Source: the human T2T-CHM13v2.0 reference genome, Homo sapiens
DNA length: 64,000 nucleotides
Assembly: GCF_009914755.1 (NCBI RefSeq)
Contig: NC_060926.1
Reading direction: 5' to 3' (one strand)
Shown: piece by piece, positions 31,266 through 43,990 of the stretch
Numbering within the stretch: the stretch's first letter is position 1
How the letters are laid out: the number at the start of each line of letters is the position of its first letter
Made by a program: the position numbers and the translations under genes
The notes under the pieces: generated by a model
What the model saw: the letters and a program-made list of their open reading frames with translations, nothing else
What the model was told of the DNA's origin: nothing
Databases searched by the model: none

Positions 31266-31619
31266 GCAAGCTGTGCCCCTACCATCACCATCTTGGGCAC
31301 ATGTCTTGAGGACCTCCTGAGACTGTGTCAGGGCACAGCCTTAACCTTGGCAAAATAAACTTTCTAAATTGATTGAGATCTGTCTCGGATACTTTTGGGT
31401 GCACAGTTACAGCGGCATATAAGCCCTCAGGTCTACCTGTCTCTTTGGATCCTCATTTCTTTTCTGTGAAGGCCTCCATGTGCACATGAAAATGAAAATT
31501 ACATCAAGTAAAATCTATATGCCTTTCCCCCTGTTAATCTGTCTTTTTTCAGCTTAATTCACAGACCCTCACTATAGAATGTAAGACAGTAGAGGAAAGC
31601 ATTTTTCCCTCCCTTATAG

Positions 31620-33330
31620 CAGTAAGGATATTCACATCGTGCAACTATCACCACCCTTCCTCTCCAGAACTCTTTCATTATCCCAAACTGAAACTCTATG
31701 TCCATTAAACAATAACTCACCACTCCTCCTTCCCTCCAGCCCCTGGCAATCACCGTTGTATCATCTGTCCTTTTGAATCTGACTGCCTTAGGTACCTCAT
31801 ACAAGTGGAATCATTCAGTACTTATTCTTTTGTGACTGGCTCTCTTCACTTAGCATGTTTTCAAGGTTCATTCATGTGGGCGCATGCATCAGGATTTCTT
31901 TCTTTTTAAGACTGTGTGATATTGTGATATTATATACATACATACTTGGTTTATGTCCTGGCAGCGAGCTCCTAAAACCCTTGCAATTTCCTGACTGATG
32001 GGGTGATAGAAAGATCTTTTGTTAGGATATTTGGTCTTAGTCTTTGGTTCCTGACGTAAGAGCATCTAAGGCCCTTGTATCACCAGATGAGTGTCTTTCT
32101 GTAGGCTAATGAGATGATTGGTGGATGGGCGCCCCTAGATACCTTTAGGAGGAGGGCTGGCCTCCAGAAAGACCAAGGTATTACTAGAGGGTTGGAACTT
32201 TCAGCTTCAATCCCCAATCTCCAGAGAGGAGAGAGGGACTGGAAATTAATCAGTCACCTAGAACCAACGATTTAATCAGTCATACCTTCATAACGGAACC
32301 TCCATGAAAATCCTAAACAATGGGGTTCAGCGAGATTCTGAGTTGGTGAACACGTTGAGGTACTGGGAAGGGAATCCACTCAGAGAAGGCGTGGAAGCTT
32401 CTCCCCCTTCCCGGATACCATGCTCTGTGCATCTCTTCCATTTAGCTGCTTTTGAGTCATATCCTTTATGAGAAGGTGGTAATAGTAGGTATGTGCCTTC
32501 CTGAGTTCTGTGACCTCTTCTAGCAGATTATTGAACCAGAGGAGGGCATTGTGAGGACCACTGATTTACAGCTTGTTGGTCATAAGTACAGGAGGCCCAC
32601 CCTTGGGATTGGTGTCTGAAGTGGGAGCAGTCTTGTGGGACTGAGCCCATAGCCTGTCTGATGCTAACTCCAGAAAATAGTGTCAGAATTGAATTGAGTC
32701 ATTGTATATCCAGTTGGTTTCTGGAGAGTTAGAGAATTGGTGGTTGATGTGGAAAAAAACCCATTCATTTGGTGTCATAAGTGTCGGGAATAGAAACAGA
32801 TCATGGCAATAGGCTGAGTGATTTTTCATTGTGTGTATATAGCACAACTTGCTTATCCATTCATTCACTGATGGACACATAGGTTGTTTCCACCCTTTGG
32901 TGAAAACAATATTCCTTATTGTGAATAATGCTGCTATCACATGGGTGTACAAATATCTGTTCAAGTCCCTTCAGTTCTTTTGAGAATATATACCCAGAAG
33001 TGGAATTGCTGGGTGAAATGGTAATTTTATGTTCAAGTTTTTGAGGAACTGTCATACTATTTTTCACATGGCTATACCATTTTATATTTCCACCAGTTAT
33101 GCACAAGGGTTCTAATGTCTCAACATCCTCACCAACACTTGCTATGCTCTGTTGTTGTTGTTGTGGTTGTTTTCTATAATAGCCATTCTAGTGAGTGTGA
33201 AATTGTATTTCATTGTGGGTTTGATGTGTGTATCCCTAATGACTAAGGATCTTGAGCATTTTTTCATGTGCTTATTGGCTACCTGTGTATTTTCCTTGGA
33301 GAAATGTCTATTCAAATCCTTTGCCCTTTC
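31620..33330 (-). mobile_element. L1MB-like 3' region split by MER21
   Basis: CAGCCCCTGGCAATCACC, GTACCTCATACAAGTGGAATCAT and TCCTTGGAGAAATGTCTATTCAAATCC. The ORFs at 32683-33357 translate as degenerate L1 ORF2. Confidence 0.88.
31915..32810 (+). mobile_element. MER21-family ERVL LTR
   Basis: TGTGATATTGTGATAT...GAGCTCCTAAAACCCTTG...GTGTCAGAATTGAATTG. Confidence 0.82.
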
Positions 33331-33998
33331 TCTTTTTTTAAGAAAATATTTTCTCATTCTTGCAAATAATTTTTGCCATTTCTTTCTTTATCTTATGTAT
33401 ATATACTACTATGCTCTTTAAAATTTTTGTCCTCCTCTTCCAATATTTCTGCTTCAGACACGAAATGATGCTTACCTAGCTGGCTTTGTTTCATGGTAGT
33501 TGTCCTCAGGAATCTGGTTACATTGGCCTATGAGCTCAGAACCCCATGAGAATGGGGTTTTGGTTACTCCCTCTGGAAATGTGTTCTTGGGAAGGGTCAA
33601 AGGCCATGCCCATGTCCATCCCTGCGTTTAATGGAAGGAGAGAAATGGACCCTAGGTTGAAGACCTCCAGATCTCAGATTCACTGGATTTTTGTCTCTTC
33701 ACCTGGCAACTGCATTCTTCAGAGTTGTACCACCAACCCCCCAGGGAAAAGCAGTCTTGGGCAGAGCCGGTCTCCTCAGATCCCAGGGCTGTGGGTGTCT
33801 GTGGGTGAGTGACTGGGGTTGAGTGCTCTGTCCTCACCTGTTTTTATCAAATCCTCACCCTGGCAGGAATCATGGATTGCCGTGACATTATTTCAGACAC
33901 CAGGAGCAGCTGCCTGTCCTGAAGGGCCAGGCAATGGCTGCACCAAGCCTTGCAGAACGGGGACCAGAGTGGAACTTAGAAATGCCTTCTTGCCTACC

Positions 33999-34301
<303 letters not shown>

Positions 34302-36299
34302 TCGCCTACCCTCTTATTGCCCCCTCTGGCTGTCTTCCAGGCTGTAGCTCCCTATGCCACCACCTCGATGCCAGTCCCACTCCAACCAGTAAGAACCAGA
34401 GCATCTACCCCACACTGGGCATGGACACTGAAAGCCAAAACACCCTACTGTGTGTATGAACCTCACTTGATGTTATTCCTGTCTTCATCAGCACGACTTT
34501 ATTTTCCCAGGAGTCACCATCAAGCCCAGGCAGATGGCTTGATAGTTCTTATAGGAACTTCTGGAAAGACTCATCTACTCTCTGATGGAAAACATCAACA
34601 GGTAGTCTTTGAATTCTTTGCCTCAAAATCCTCACCTTCCTCTGTCTACCATGTCCAGACTGACTGTTGCATCATGGCTGTTACCCAGTGCTGATCAGAT
34701 TTCCTCATTTGAAACGCCCCCCCCTTAAATCAAACTTCCAGTTCTCAATAAATTGTGGCCGTGCCTTCTCCTTCCCGTCTGAAACACACCAAACTTCGGG
34801 AGGTGGCCTCCCTTTCCATAAGGGGACACACCCAGACACACACCTGCTCTGTTTTCTCAACAGGTGCTGGTGATGCTGGTGGCAGCTGTTGACACCAGGC
34901 ACCACTTCTGATAGCTGTCGGCTGTCCAGATTTCAAAAATCTCATTGTTCTTGTCATTTGTTCCTCTGGTCTGTTTCTCTTGCTCTGTAATTTCTCCAGG
35001 TGGATTCTAGGGAAGGAGGCACTAGGGCAGCAACCGTTTCCATCTCAGCTCATCCTGCCTTCTAGTGGAACTCACATTGTTACCTCGTAGATGGTCCAGG
35101 ATAGCGTGCCAATTTCTGAGTTGGTTTAATCAACCCCCTACCTTCATTTTGTATTTTCCTGTGATTGACCCTGAAATCCAACTAATCTTGATGGGCATTT
35201 CAGTTTCAATCAGGAAGGAAATTTGTTAATCATGTGACTCAAACACAGTGGTGATCTAATAATGGAGTAATAATATCAGCTTAATTATCCCTGCTCCTTG
35301 TGACTATTTTTAAAATATAAAGTCTGAAGGCAGTGAATAATTACATACCAGTAGATGTTTCAGTGGTTTAAAAATTTCTTATTTTCGAATTCTAGGTATC
35401 TTGTTAGTGTAATGGGCATTTTAATTCGTATGCAATAAAAAGCCATGTATTTACAAAAATTAAATACGGTATCGAAGTCCTGGCTGTTTCAGCTGTAATT
35501 ACTGACTGTGATAGTACTGGCAATATCCCTCCCGCCGAGTTCCTGTGGTAACTTAGTTGCCTCTGACATTGTTGAAAAGACAATGAGGGGAAAGGAGCAC
35601 ACTCAGGATTTGAAGCCAGACAGACCCAGGTTCAAGTCCTGGCTGTGCCACTTACTAGGTGGGATGTAGATCAGAGTTGGTGACCTTTCTGATCCTTGGT
35701 TTCCTTAGATATAAATAAAAATATTTTTATCTCATAGGATTCTCAGAATGATGTTTACTGTTATTGTTTGTTTGAGTGAAGCAGATACCATCTTAGGTTT
35801 TCAAAGTTATCATATCACACCCGACACCACCAAGGACTTGGATACCTTTCCTCACCCAGCATATCCCATAATCTACAAAGATGAACAGATCCTTCAAAAT
35901 AGGAAGAAGGGCATGTATTCATTAAAAAATGACCGTGATGGGGAAAGGTTGGTGGAATCTGAATATGGATAAAACCTCAGCTTCTGCAGAAATCCCTAAA
36001 AAGAGACGAGGGGTCCCTTGCCTGGCTGACTAAGGATACAGGCTAACTGTGACCTGAATGTTAACACGAGAGAGAGCCGAGTGTGTCAGACCACCGGAGG
36101 AGCTTGGCAGAAAAGTTTAGAACTGCAGGTGTGTGTGTTGGGGGTGGGTGGTGGGGGGGCATTGCCCAAGGGCGGAACCCTGACTTAGGGGCTCCACCAG
36201 CAGGCCTGCCCCATGGTGGAGGTGGGGTGGGGGCTGGGCTGCCATTTCTCCAACACCACTTCTTCTCATTCCGAGGGGCTCTGAGCTCTCTCTCCCTAC

Positions 36300-36606
36300 C
36301 CCCATTATCATTAGACTTTTTGTGTCATGCTCTCCGGGCTTGCAGGGGTCCAGATGCAGTCTCCGGAGTGGGTGTGCACAAGATGGTTCACTGGGGACAA
36401 ATATTATAACTTCCGTTTGTCTCTGTCTCTCTTCTTGTCCTAGCAGCCTATTTTTGGCTTATTTGTTAAGAGTATAATAATGGGTCGTATAATCATGTTC
36501 AATACTTAGAACGTTTATAAAAAATGAATGTGCACTTATTGAGGGTGCATGCTTTATTTTACCAATGGGCTGCATGTAAAAACAATTGGGAGATCACTAC
36601 TCTAGA
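36300..36606. mobile_element. Possible hAT-Charlie DNA transposon fragment
   Basis: Terminal-like AAACAATTGGGAGATCACTACTCTAG, preceded by GCACTTATTGAGGGTGCATGC. Confidence 0.35.
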
Positions 36607-37098
36607 CTGTCTGATCCGTGTGGTCATTCTATTTTGAGTTGCAAATTAATTCTCTGAAATCCTTTCTTATGCTCCCAATCAGCTTCTTGGGAGCTTGAGT
36701 GTTAGCAGTTGGACTCCCCGATCAGAGAAGTGGATCAGAAAGGTGATCAGAAAGGTGGAGCTTCTGGGTGTGGGAAAGCTGAGTACCAGCCTCTTAACTT
36801 TCACACCTTCCCTCCAACAGATGCATAGCTCTGCAGGCCAACCTGACTCCCTGAGTGATGTTTCTGACATTGGGCTCCTTTATTTCAGTCCTCTGCTGCT
36901 AGTTCTGACAGAACTTAGACCTAACTTAGCCATTTCTCCATTGATCCTTTATTATAAAGAGAAAGAAATTTCATTCTTGAAAATGCATTCTCACCTCTCA
37001 CTCCCTTGTAAGTCTTAACCTCTCTGAGTCTTGGCTTCTGAATCTTTCAAGTGATACAATAGCCATCTAGTTTGCCTCACAGGGTTGTTGTAAAGAAT

Positions 37099-37402
37099 AG
37101 GCCAGGTGTGGTGGCTCATGCCTGTGATCCCAGCACTTTGGGAGGCCGAGGCGGGTGATCACCTGAGGTCAGGAGTTCGAGACCAGCCTGGCCAACATGG
37201 TGAAACCTTGGCTCTACTAAAAATACAAAAAATTAGCTGGGTATGGTGGTGCACACCTGTAATCCCAGCTACTCAAGAGGCTGAGGCAAGAGAATCGCTT
37301 GAACCCAGGAGGCAGAGGTTGTAGGGATCCGAGGTAGAGCCATTTTACTCCAGCCTAGGGTGATAAGAGTGAAACTTCGTTTCATTAAAAAAAAAAAAAA
37401 AA
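37099..37402 (+). mobile_element. Alu (AluSq/Sx) inserted in a MIR
   Basis: Dimer with poly-A. TSD AAAGAAT. Confidence 0.95.
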
Positions 37403-37663
37403 GAATGTGTGAGAGATCATATCGTACTGAAACTACAGAACACCAAAGATAAGAAGACATTAAAAGTGGTGAGAGAAGACAGATTACTTTCAAAGGAATG
37501 ACAATTTATATGAACAGATTTGTCCCCCTCCTCCTCTTCCTTCGTCTCTTCCCCCTTCTTATCCTCCTCCCCAACACCTCCTCCCTCTCTTTCTTCTTCC
37601 TTTTGTAGATGGTGGAAGAGCCTATTCTATTTAGAGTTCACCAGTTCTCCTCTGTTTAAGTAG

Positions 37664-38137
<474 letters not shown>

Positions 38138-38139
38138 AC

Positions 38140-38970
38140 TCATGTTTCTTTAATGAACAAAAATTCTTAATTTTAATGTTATCAAATTTATCCATCTTTC
38201 CCTTTATGATTTGTACTTCTTTGTGTCTTCAGAGTTTCTTAACCCGAAGTCATAAAGATAAAAACTACATTATCTTCTTAAAGTGTTACAATTTTGCTTT
38301 TCATAAACAGGTCTTTAACCTGCCTAGAATTGATTTTGGTAAATGGCATGAGGAAGAATCCCATTTTATTTTTTTTTCTGTATGATTATTTTTATTTCAA
38401 TATCATTCATAAAAAGTACTTTCCCCCACTAGTCCACACAGACTGTTTTGTCATAAATCAAGTTTCTGTGTATGCCTCGTCTGTTTCTGGGCCTATATTT
38501 TGTTCCACTGGTTTATTTTTATATCCCTTCCCAATACCAAAGTATCTTAATTACTGTAACTTGTTACTAAGTACTGCTCCCCTGCAGGGCTAGTTCCCCG
38601 ACCTGGTTCTTCTGTAGTATTTTGGCTATACGTGGCCAATTGCTCTTCCAGATCCATTTGCTTATCAGCTTGTCAGATTCCACACACACACACACAACAT
38701 TGTTGGGGCTTTGAATAGTGTCGAATTGTATGTGTAGGTTGGTTTGGAAAGAATTAACATCTACATGACTTAGAATATTTTGAATTAGGGAACCTGATAT
38801 ACCTTGCCACTTACTTAGGTCTTCTTTCATGTTTTTCAGTAAAAATTGAGTCATTTTATCTACCTTGGGGTTGCATACTTTTAAATATGTATCTATCACT
38901 ACGCATATATTTATGATACTATAAATGGCATTTTAAATATTTTTAAATTGACTGCTGCTGGAGTATTACT
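38140..38970 (-). mobile_element. Old L1M fragment
   Basis: AT-rich L1 ORF2 antisense motifs (TGTTCCACTGGTTTATTT, TTAATTACTGTAAC). Confidence 0.7.
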
Positions 38971-38984
38971 GCACATTTTACTTT

Positions 38985-39116
38985 AAAAACAAAAGATAGA
39001 GATGGGGTCTCACTCTCTGTTGCCCATGCTGGTCTCAAACTCCTAGGCTCAAGTAATCCTCCTGCCTCAGCCTCCCAAAGTACTGGGATTATAGGTGTGA
39101 GTGACCACACCCGGCC
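38985..39116 (-). mobile_element. FLAM/Alu monomer
   Basis: Single arm with TSD GCACATTTTACTTT at 38971 and 39119. Confidence 0.88.
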
Positions 39117-39164
39117 CAGCACATTTTACTTTTGTCCTGTTTTTCCTCCCAACTGTATTCTCAG

Positions 39165-39266
39165 GGAGAATCACCTGAGCCCAGGAAGCTGAGACTGTGG
39201 TGAGATGTGATCGTGCCACTGCACTCCAGCCTGGGTGAAGGCGTGAAACCCTGTTTCAAAAAAAAA
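39165..39266 (+). mobile_element. Alu right-arm fragment
   Basis: GAATCACCTGAGCCCAGGA...CACTGCACTCCAGCCTGGG followed by an A run. Confidence 0.85.
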
Positions 39267-39289
39267 GAGACATGAAGAGACTCTGTGAA

Positions 39290-39960
39290 TCTGTCCATTG
39301 CTGGTGGGAATGTAAATGGGCACAAATACTCTGGCATTACCTAGTAAAGCTTAAGATGCCCGTATCTTAGTACCTAGCAGTTCCACTCCTCGGTATGGAG
39401 CCTAGAGAGAAAGTCTTACGAAGAATGCTCATAGCAGCATTGCTCCTGGTGGCCTAAGATTGGAAACCACCCAAATGTTCATTGGCAGCGAAGGGATAAA
39501 TAAGTTCCTGTATAGTTACATATTTACATAGTAAGTACTGATATTTACATAATGGAATGCTACAAAGCAGTGAAATCAAAGCCACTCCAAATACGTGCAC
39601 GAAGAAGAATAAACCCAGAATATACAGTTGAGCAAAAAAAAAAAAAAAAAAAAAAGCAGTAGGAGAAGAATGAGTCTATATCATTTGTGTAAAGTTCAAA
39701 ACTCTGCAAAACTAAATACATCTTCAGTGGTACAAACATGATAAAACTATGAAGTACAGCAAGGAAATGTAATCACACGACTTATGAAATTCATGATCAA
39801 GGCATAGAGGTGGCTGCAAAGGTACCTGCTGTGTCCTGGTTCTTAAGCAGGGCCGTGGGGCTGTCGGTATTTGTAGCACTAGTGGTCTTGACACCCTACG
39901 CACTGCTTATAAATATCCTGTATCTATCTATATCTACTAATTTCTTCTATATCTGCTCAA
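39290..39960 (+). mobile_element. L1ME-like 3' end
   Basis: CATTGCTGGTGGGAATGTAAATGG, AAGAATGCTCATAGCAGCATTG and GGAAACCACCCAAATG. Confidence 0.78.
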
Positions 39961-40059
39961 TAGAAACAACGGTTTAAACACTTTGAGTTTATAAGGGAAT
40001 ATCATTATTGCGTCTTCCTGGGCAGACCTGCCTTGCTTGTAACTGCTTTTGTGCTTGTA

Positions 40060-40603
40060 CAGAGGTCCCCGCTTATCTGAGCTTTTGCTTTCTGCAGGTT
40101 CAGTTACCCCTGGTCAACTGAGGCTTGAAATATTCAATGCGTAATTCCGGAAATGAATAGTTCATAAGTTTTGAATTGCACACGGTCTGAGGAGTGTGGT
40201 GAAGTCTTGTGCCTTCCCGCTATGGCTCCCTAGGGTGGGATTCCTCCCCGTGTCCAGCGTCTCCACACCGTAGACACTCCCTGCCCGTGAGTCACTTAGT
40301 AGCTCTCTGGGTGATGGAGGTGCTGTCGTGGGATTGCAGAGCTTGTGTTCAAATAACCCCGATTTTACTTACTAGTGTCAAGTGCAAGAGTAGTGATGCC
40401 ACATGTGGCCATCCTTGTTCTATTTTATTATTAGTTATTGTTGTTAGTTCTCTTGCTGTGCCTAATTTATGAATTAAATCTTATCATAGCTATGTATGTA
40501 TATATGTATAAGAAAAAACATATAGAGGATTCAGTGCAGTCTGCAGTTTCAGGCATCCTGGGGGTCTTAGAAGGTAGCCCCCAGGGATAAGAGGGGCCCA
40601 CTG
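40060..40603 (+). mobile_element. MER44 (Tigger7-derived TcMar DNA transposon)
   Basis: Terminal inverted repeats CAGAGGTCCCCGCTTATC / GATAAGAGGGGCCCACTG, flanked by TA at both ends. Confidence 0.85.
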
Positions 40604-41894
40604 TAATTGCTAACTAGACTCTACTGAATACAAGCCTGATTTCTGTATGCGGTGTTTGTACCTTGGACAGCAGGAGTGAGGAGGCTGCCATGTTGCCAAG
40701 GGCCAAGACAGGAGGAAGGCAGAAAGCGGGTTCCTGAGGAGGCCACCCTGCACTTTCCCATGGCGACATCAGAGGCAAGGAGCTGCCTGTCCCTTGGAGC
40801 CTGTGCAGACCTTTTCGTCCAAGAGTTTAGCCAGGCCAACACCAGGCGTTCCTGGGCCCTAGGAGATGCCATGCCTGACAAATCACCAGAGAGTGAGCCT
40901 TTAGATTTGGAGATAAGAGTGGAATACAGAAAGCCGGGGCACCGGGATCCTGCCTTACCTATGGTTGCCAAGGTTACCAGTGCCTCATGTTTCTTAGTTA
41001 CCACTCATCCCAAAATAGCCTCCATTGGTGCCAGCCAGCAAACTGCATTCCATATCACAATCATTTTTTTTTACCCTGTTTTGAGGGGAGGAAAAGGAAG
41101 TCACTTTACACCCAATAAGGTTATACAAAGCACACACAACTTGTTTCCTCATCTGATCTTTACCGTAGGTGGGTGAAAGATTACAATCTCCATTTTACAG
41201 GTGAGAAAACAGACCCGGGCAAGTGACCGGCCAACGTCAGATGACTGGCAGGTATCAGAACTAGAAGGAGCACCCAGACTTTCTGAGGCATCAGTCAGAA
41301 CCCCTCCTACACTGGGACATTGCCTCTCACCGCTGGCATTTTGTTCCAGCCTGGGAGAGGCTGTGCTGGCCCCACAGTCCTCTATGGCAAGTGGAGGGTG
41401 TGGGGCAAAGGGTGTCCCTTGGTAGCTGCCACGGCCACTGCCCTCCACCCTATTCCTTCCCAACAGAACCCCAATTCTCTTCAGTTGTGGGGGGTCTAGA
41501 TGATGCTTGAGACCTTCTCCTGCCCTAGGGTGTGCAGGTTGATTAGTCATAATGGTAATTCTATGCCTTTTGCTAGTGGTTGTCAAAATGTCGATATGTG
41601 ACCTAATTCCAGCCAATAGAGGTTGGAGTAAATCTGCAGAGGCCATTACTTCTGGGAAAGATGTTTCTCTGTAAGAAAAGTAATTATCAGGAGGAAATGC
41701 CCCCCCCAACTGGTGTCTTTTTGTGTGATATCAACTATTCGATGGTATGTGGCTGATGATGGTTAAGTGCAAGGATGCAAAGCTCTGGGGCTCAGCTCTG
41801 AAAGGTCACCTCCCCATCAAAGCCAGGCCGCCTCCATCCAGCACATCTGCATGGGGCCCCTTGGATTTTGCCTGTGGGCTTGTGCTTGTGGCAG

Positions 41895-42020
41895 GCCTCT
41901 GCTTGCCTGTCTCTCTCTGTATTGTTGGGCTGTGAGCTCTGTTTTCCTGTGTCCCCCTATCCTGTTGGGCTGTGAGCTCTGCCTCCCTGTGTCCCCCTGT
42001 CCTGTTGGGCTGTGAGCTCC
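41895..42020. repeat. 40-bp minisatellite, about 3 copies
   Basis: TGTTGGGCTGTGAGCTC recurs at 41923, 41963 and 42003. Confidence 0.9.
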
Positions 42021-42379
42021 CTGGTGCTGCACACTTGTCCCTTACTGCCCCTCCCCAGTGCAGTCTTTACATGGTCGGGGGCATGGTGGGGAAGTCCCTG
42101 AAAGCAGGGCCGTTTCATGAATTCTTCGTAGTCCCTATGGGAGGTATTCGTACCCCTATTTGTGAGGGACCCTGATGACTCTCTTTAGAAGGTCCTTAGC
42201 TTCGGTTCTTATAGTCAAAGAGCAAGTACCGCTCCTCTCAGCATCTTCAGAGACCAGGCTTGTTTTGGAACTCTGTCAACGGAAAGCCTCCATGGTATAG
42301 ACAACGATCATTGCCACCATTTGGGGGGTTTTGTTAATGTGCTCTAAAAAGGAGGACCGCCTCATTCTCTCCCTCCACC

Positions 42380-43570
42380 TTTCCTAAGGGCCTGGTGCAT
42401 GCTAAGCACTGGGCTCGGAGGGAAAGCTCACTCGATGGGTCTCCCACCCGCAGAGCCCCAAGCCCAGCAGAGCCCACACAGCCAGAGAGAGCCCTGGCGG
42501 CCTAGGGCCCGGTGCTGTGGACAGGAGCCCACACTGTGCCATGGGAGAGGAGCGGCCCCTGTGTGTGGGAGGGGACAGAGGGCAGGCAGACGCTGACTGG
42601 CTAGTGGAATAGAAAGGACCTCAGACCAGAGGAGGCAAGAAGCAGGTGGGCCCCAGCGTCCCTGTGCAGCCCGTTTGGAAGTTTATGTGGGAAGCTGTGG
42701 GAGGATAGAGTGACTGTGGCTCCTGAGGGCCCGGGCCGGGAGAAGATGGGGGTCTCTGTGTGACCTGCAGTGACTGGGAAGACACTGATGGCTTCAGACT
42801 GGGGAGTGAGCTGTGCTGCTGGCCGCGGGAGGCAGGTGGCTAAAGGAGAGTGGAGCAGGGAGGCCGGCTGGGAGGTGGCTGCGGTGTCCATGAGGGTCCT
42901 GAGGGATGCAGGAGGCGCTGCCTGGCGGGGAAGAGGAAGGCAGCTTGAACACACGGGGCCAGTCCTGGCTTGGTCTCCCCCAGTGGATGGACCCAGGTCA
43001 TGTTATCACTCCTCTCTGGGTTTTTAGTTTCTCAGTGCAAGCAAAACGAAGAGCCACCATGATCTCCCGCCCTGGGCCTCTGCATTCCCGGCTTCTCTTG
43101 GCATGAGCTGTGCCTGTAGAAATCGATGCGGGTCATGGTGCTGACTGGATGTGCAGGCCAGAGGGAGGGAGACTCCGGGGTGGCACCCCTGCTTCTGGTC
43201 CTTCAGGGTCTGGGAGGGCAGGCTGTGAGCAGGGACGAGGGGGTCAGGTGCAGTCAGCTCTGTGCGGGGAGGTGACAGGCTTGGTGTGACTGCTGACGCT
43301 GACATGCTGGCAGGACACCGGGGTTAGGGAGCAGGTGTCCAGCAGGTGGCTGGAAGAGGTCAGGGCTGGAGCCCTGGTGTGGAAGTTCTTCACATGGAAG
43401 GGAGAGGATAAGATAGGCAGGGATGAAGTAACTGAGGGAGACGATGTACAGAGAAAAACCAAGAGCAGAAACCTGCAGGTGCTCTCCTTTGGGGATCAGA
43501 GAAGCATCAAGAAGAGGATTACGTGCAGGAAAGTGGCAGAGACGTAGTTCAGGAAAGCCTACCAGGAGAG
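42380..43570 (-). mobile_element. Degenerate L2
   Basis: L2-like motif order is recognisable but heavily diverged and GC-shifted. Confidence 0.45.
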
Positions 43571-43685
43571 GAGGCGTTTAGAGGGATGATAATGTGGTTC
43601 ATTATAGACATGAAAATAATCTCACTATCGTCATAATAGGTGTGAGACTCCATTACAAAAAGCATGTATGAAATCCCTTCTGGAT

Positions 43686-43990
43686 TGGGCACCATGGCTT
43701 ATGTCTGTAATTCCAGCACTTTGGGAGGCCGAGGTGGGAGGATCACTTGAGTCCAGGAATTTGAGACCAACCTGGGCAACATGACACTACCCCATCTCTA
43801 CAAAAAACCAAAAAATTGGCTGGGTGGGTGTGGTGGTGCGTGTCTATAGTTCCAGCTACTTGGGAGGCTGAGGTGGGAGGATCGCTTGAGCCTGAGAGGT
43901 GGTGGTTGCAGTGAGTCAGCTGTGTTAACGACACTGCACTTCAGCCTGGATACAGAGCGAGACCCTGTGTCAAAAAAAAAAAAGAAGAAG
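43686..43990 (+). mobile_element. Alu (AluJ-like) followed by (CA)n
   Basis: Dimer with poly-A, and a CA-rich tract at ~43998-44049. Confidence 0.93.

Noticed and set aside
36720-36760. GATCAGAAAGGT-like repeat, three copies
   Set aside because: A very short, degenerate slippage repeat with no further structure.
41895-42020. Regularly spaced repeat as a CRISPR-like array
   Set aside because: The intervening sequences are also repeated, the context is primate DNA, and there are no cas genes.
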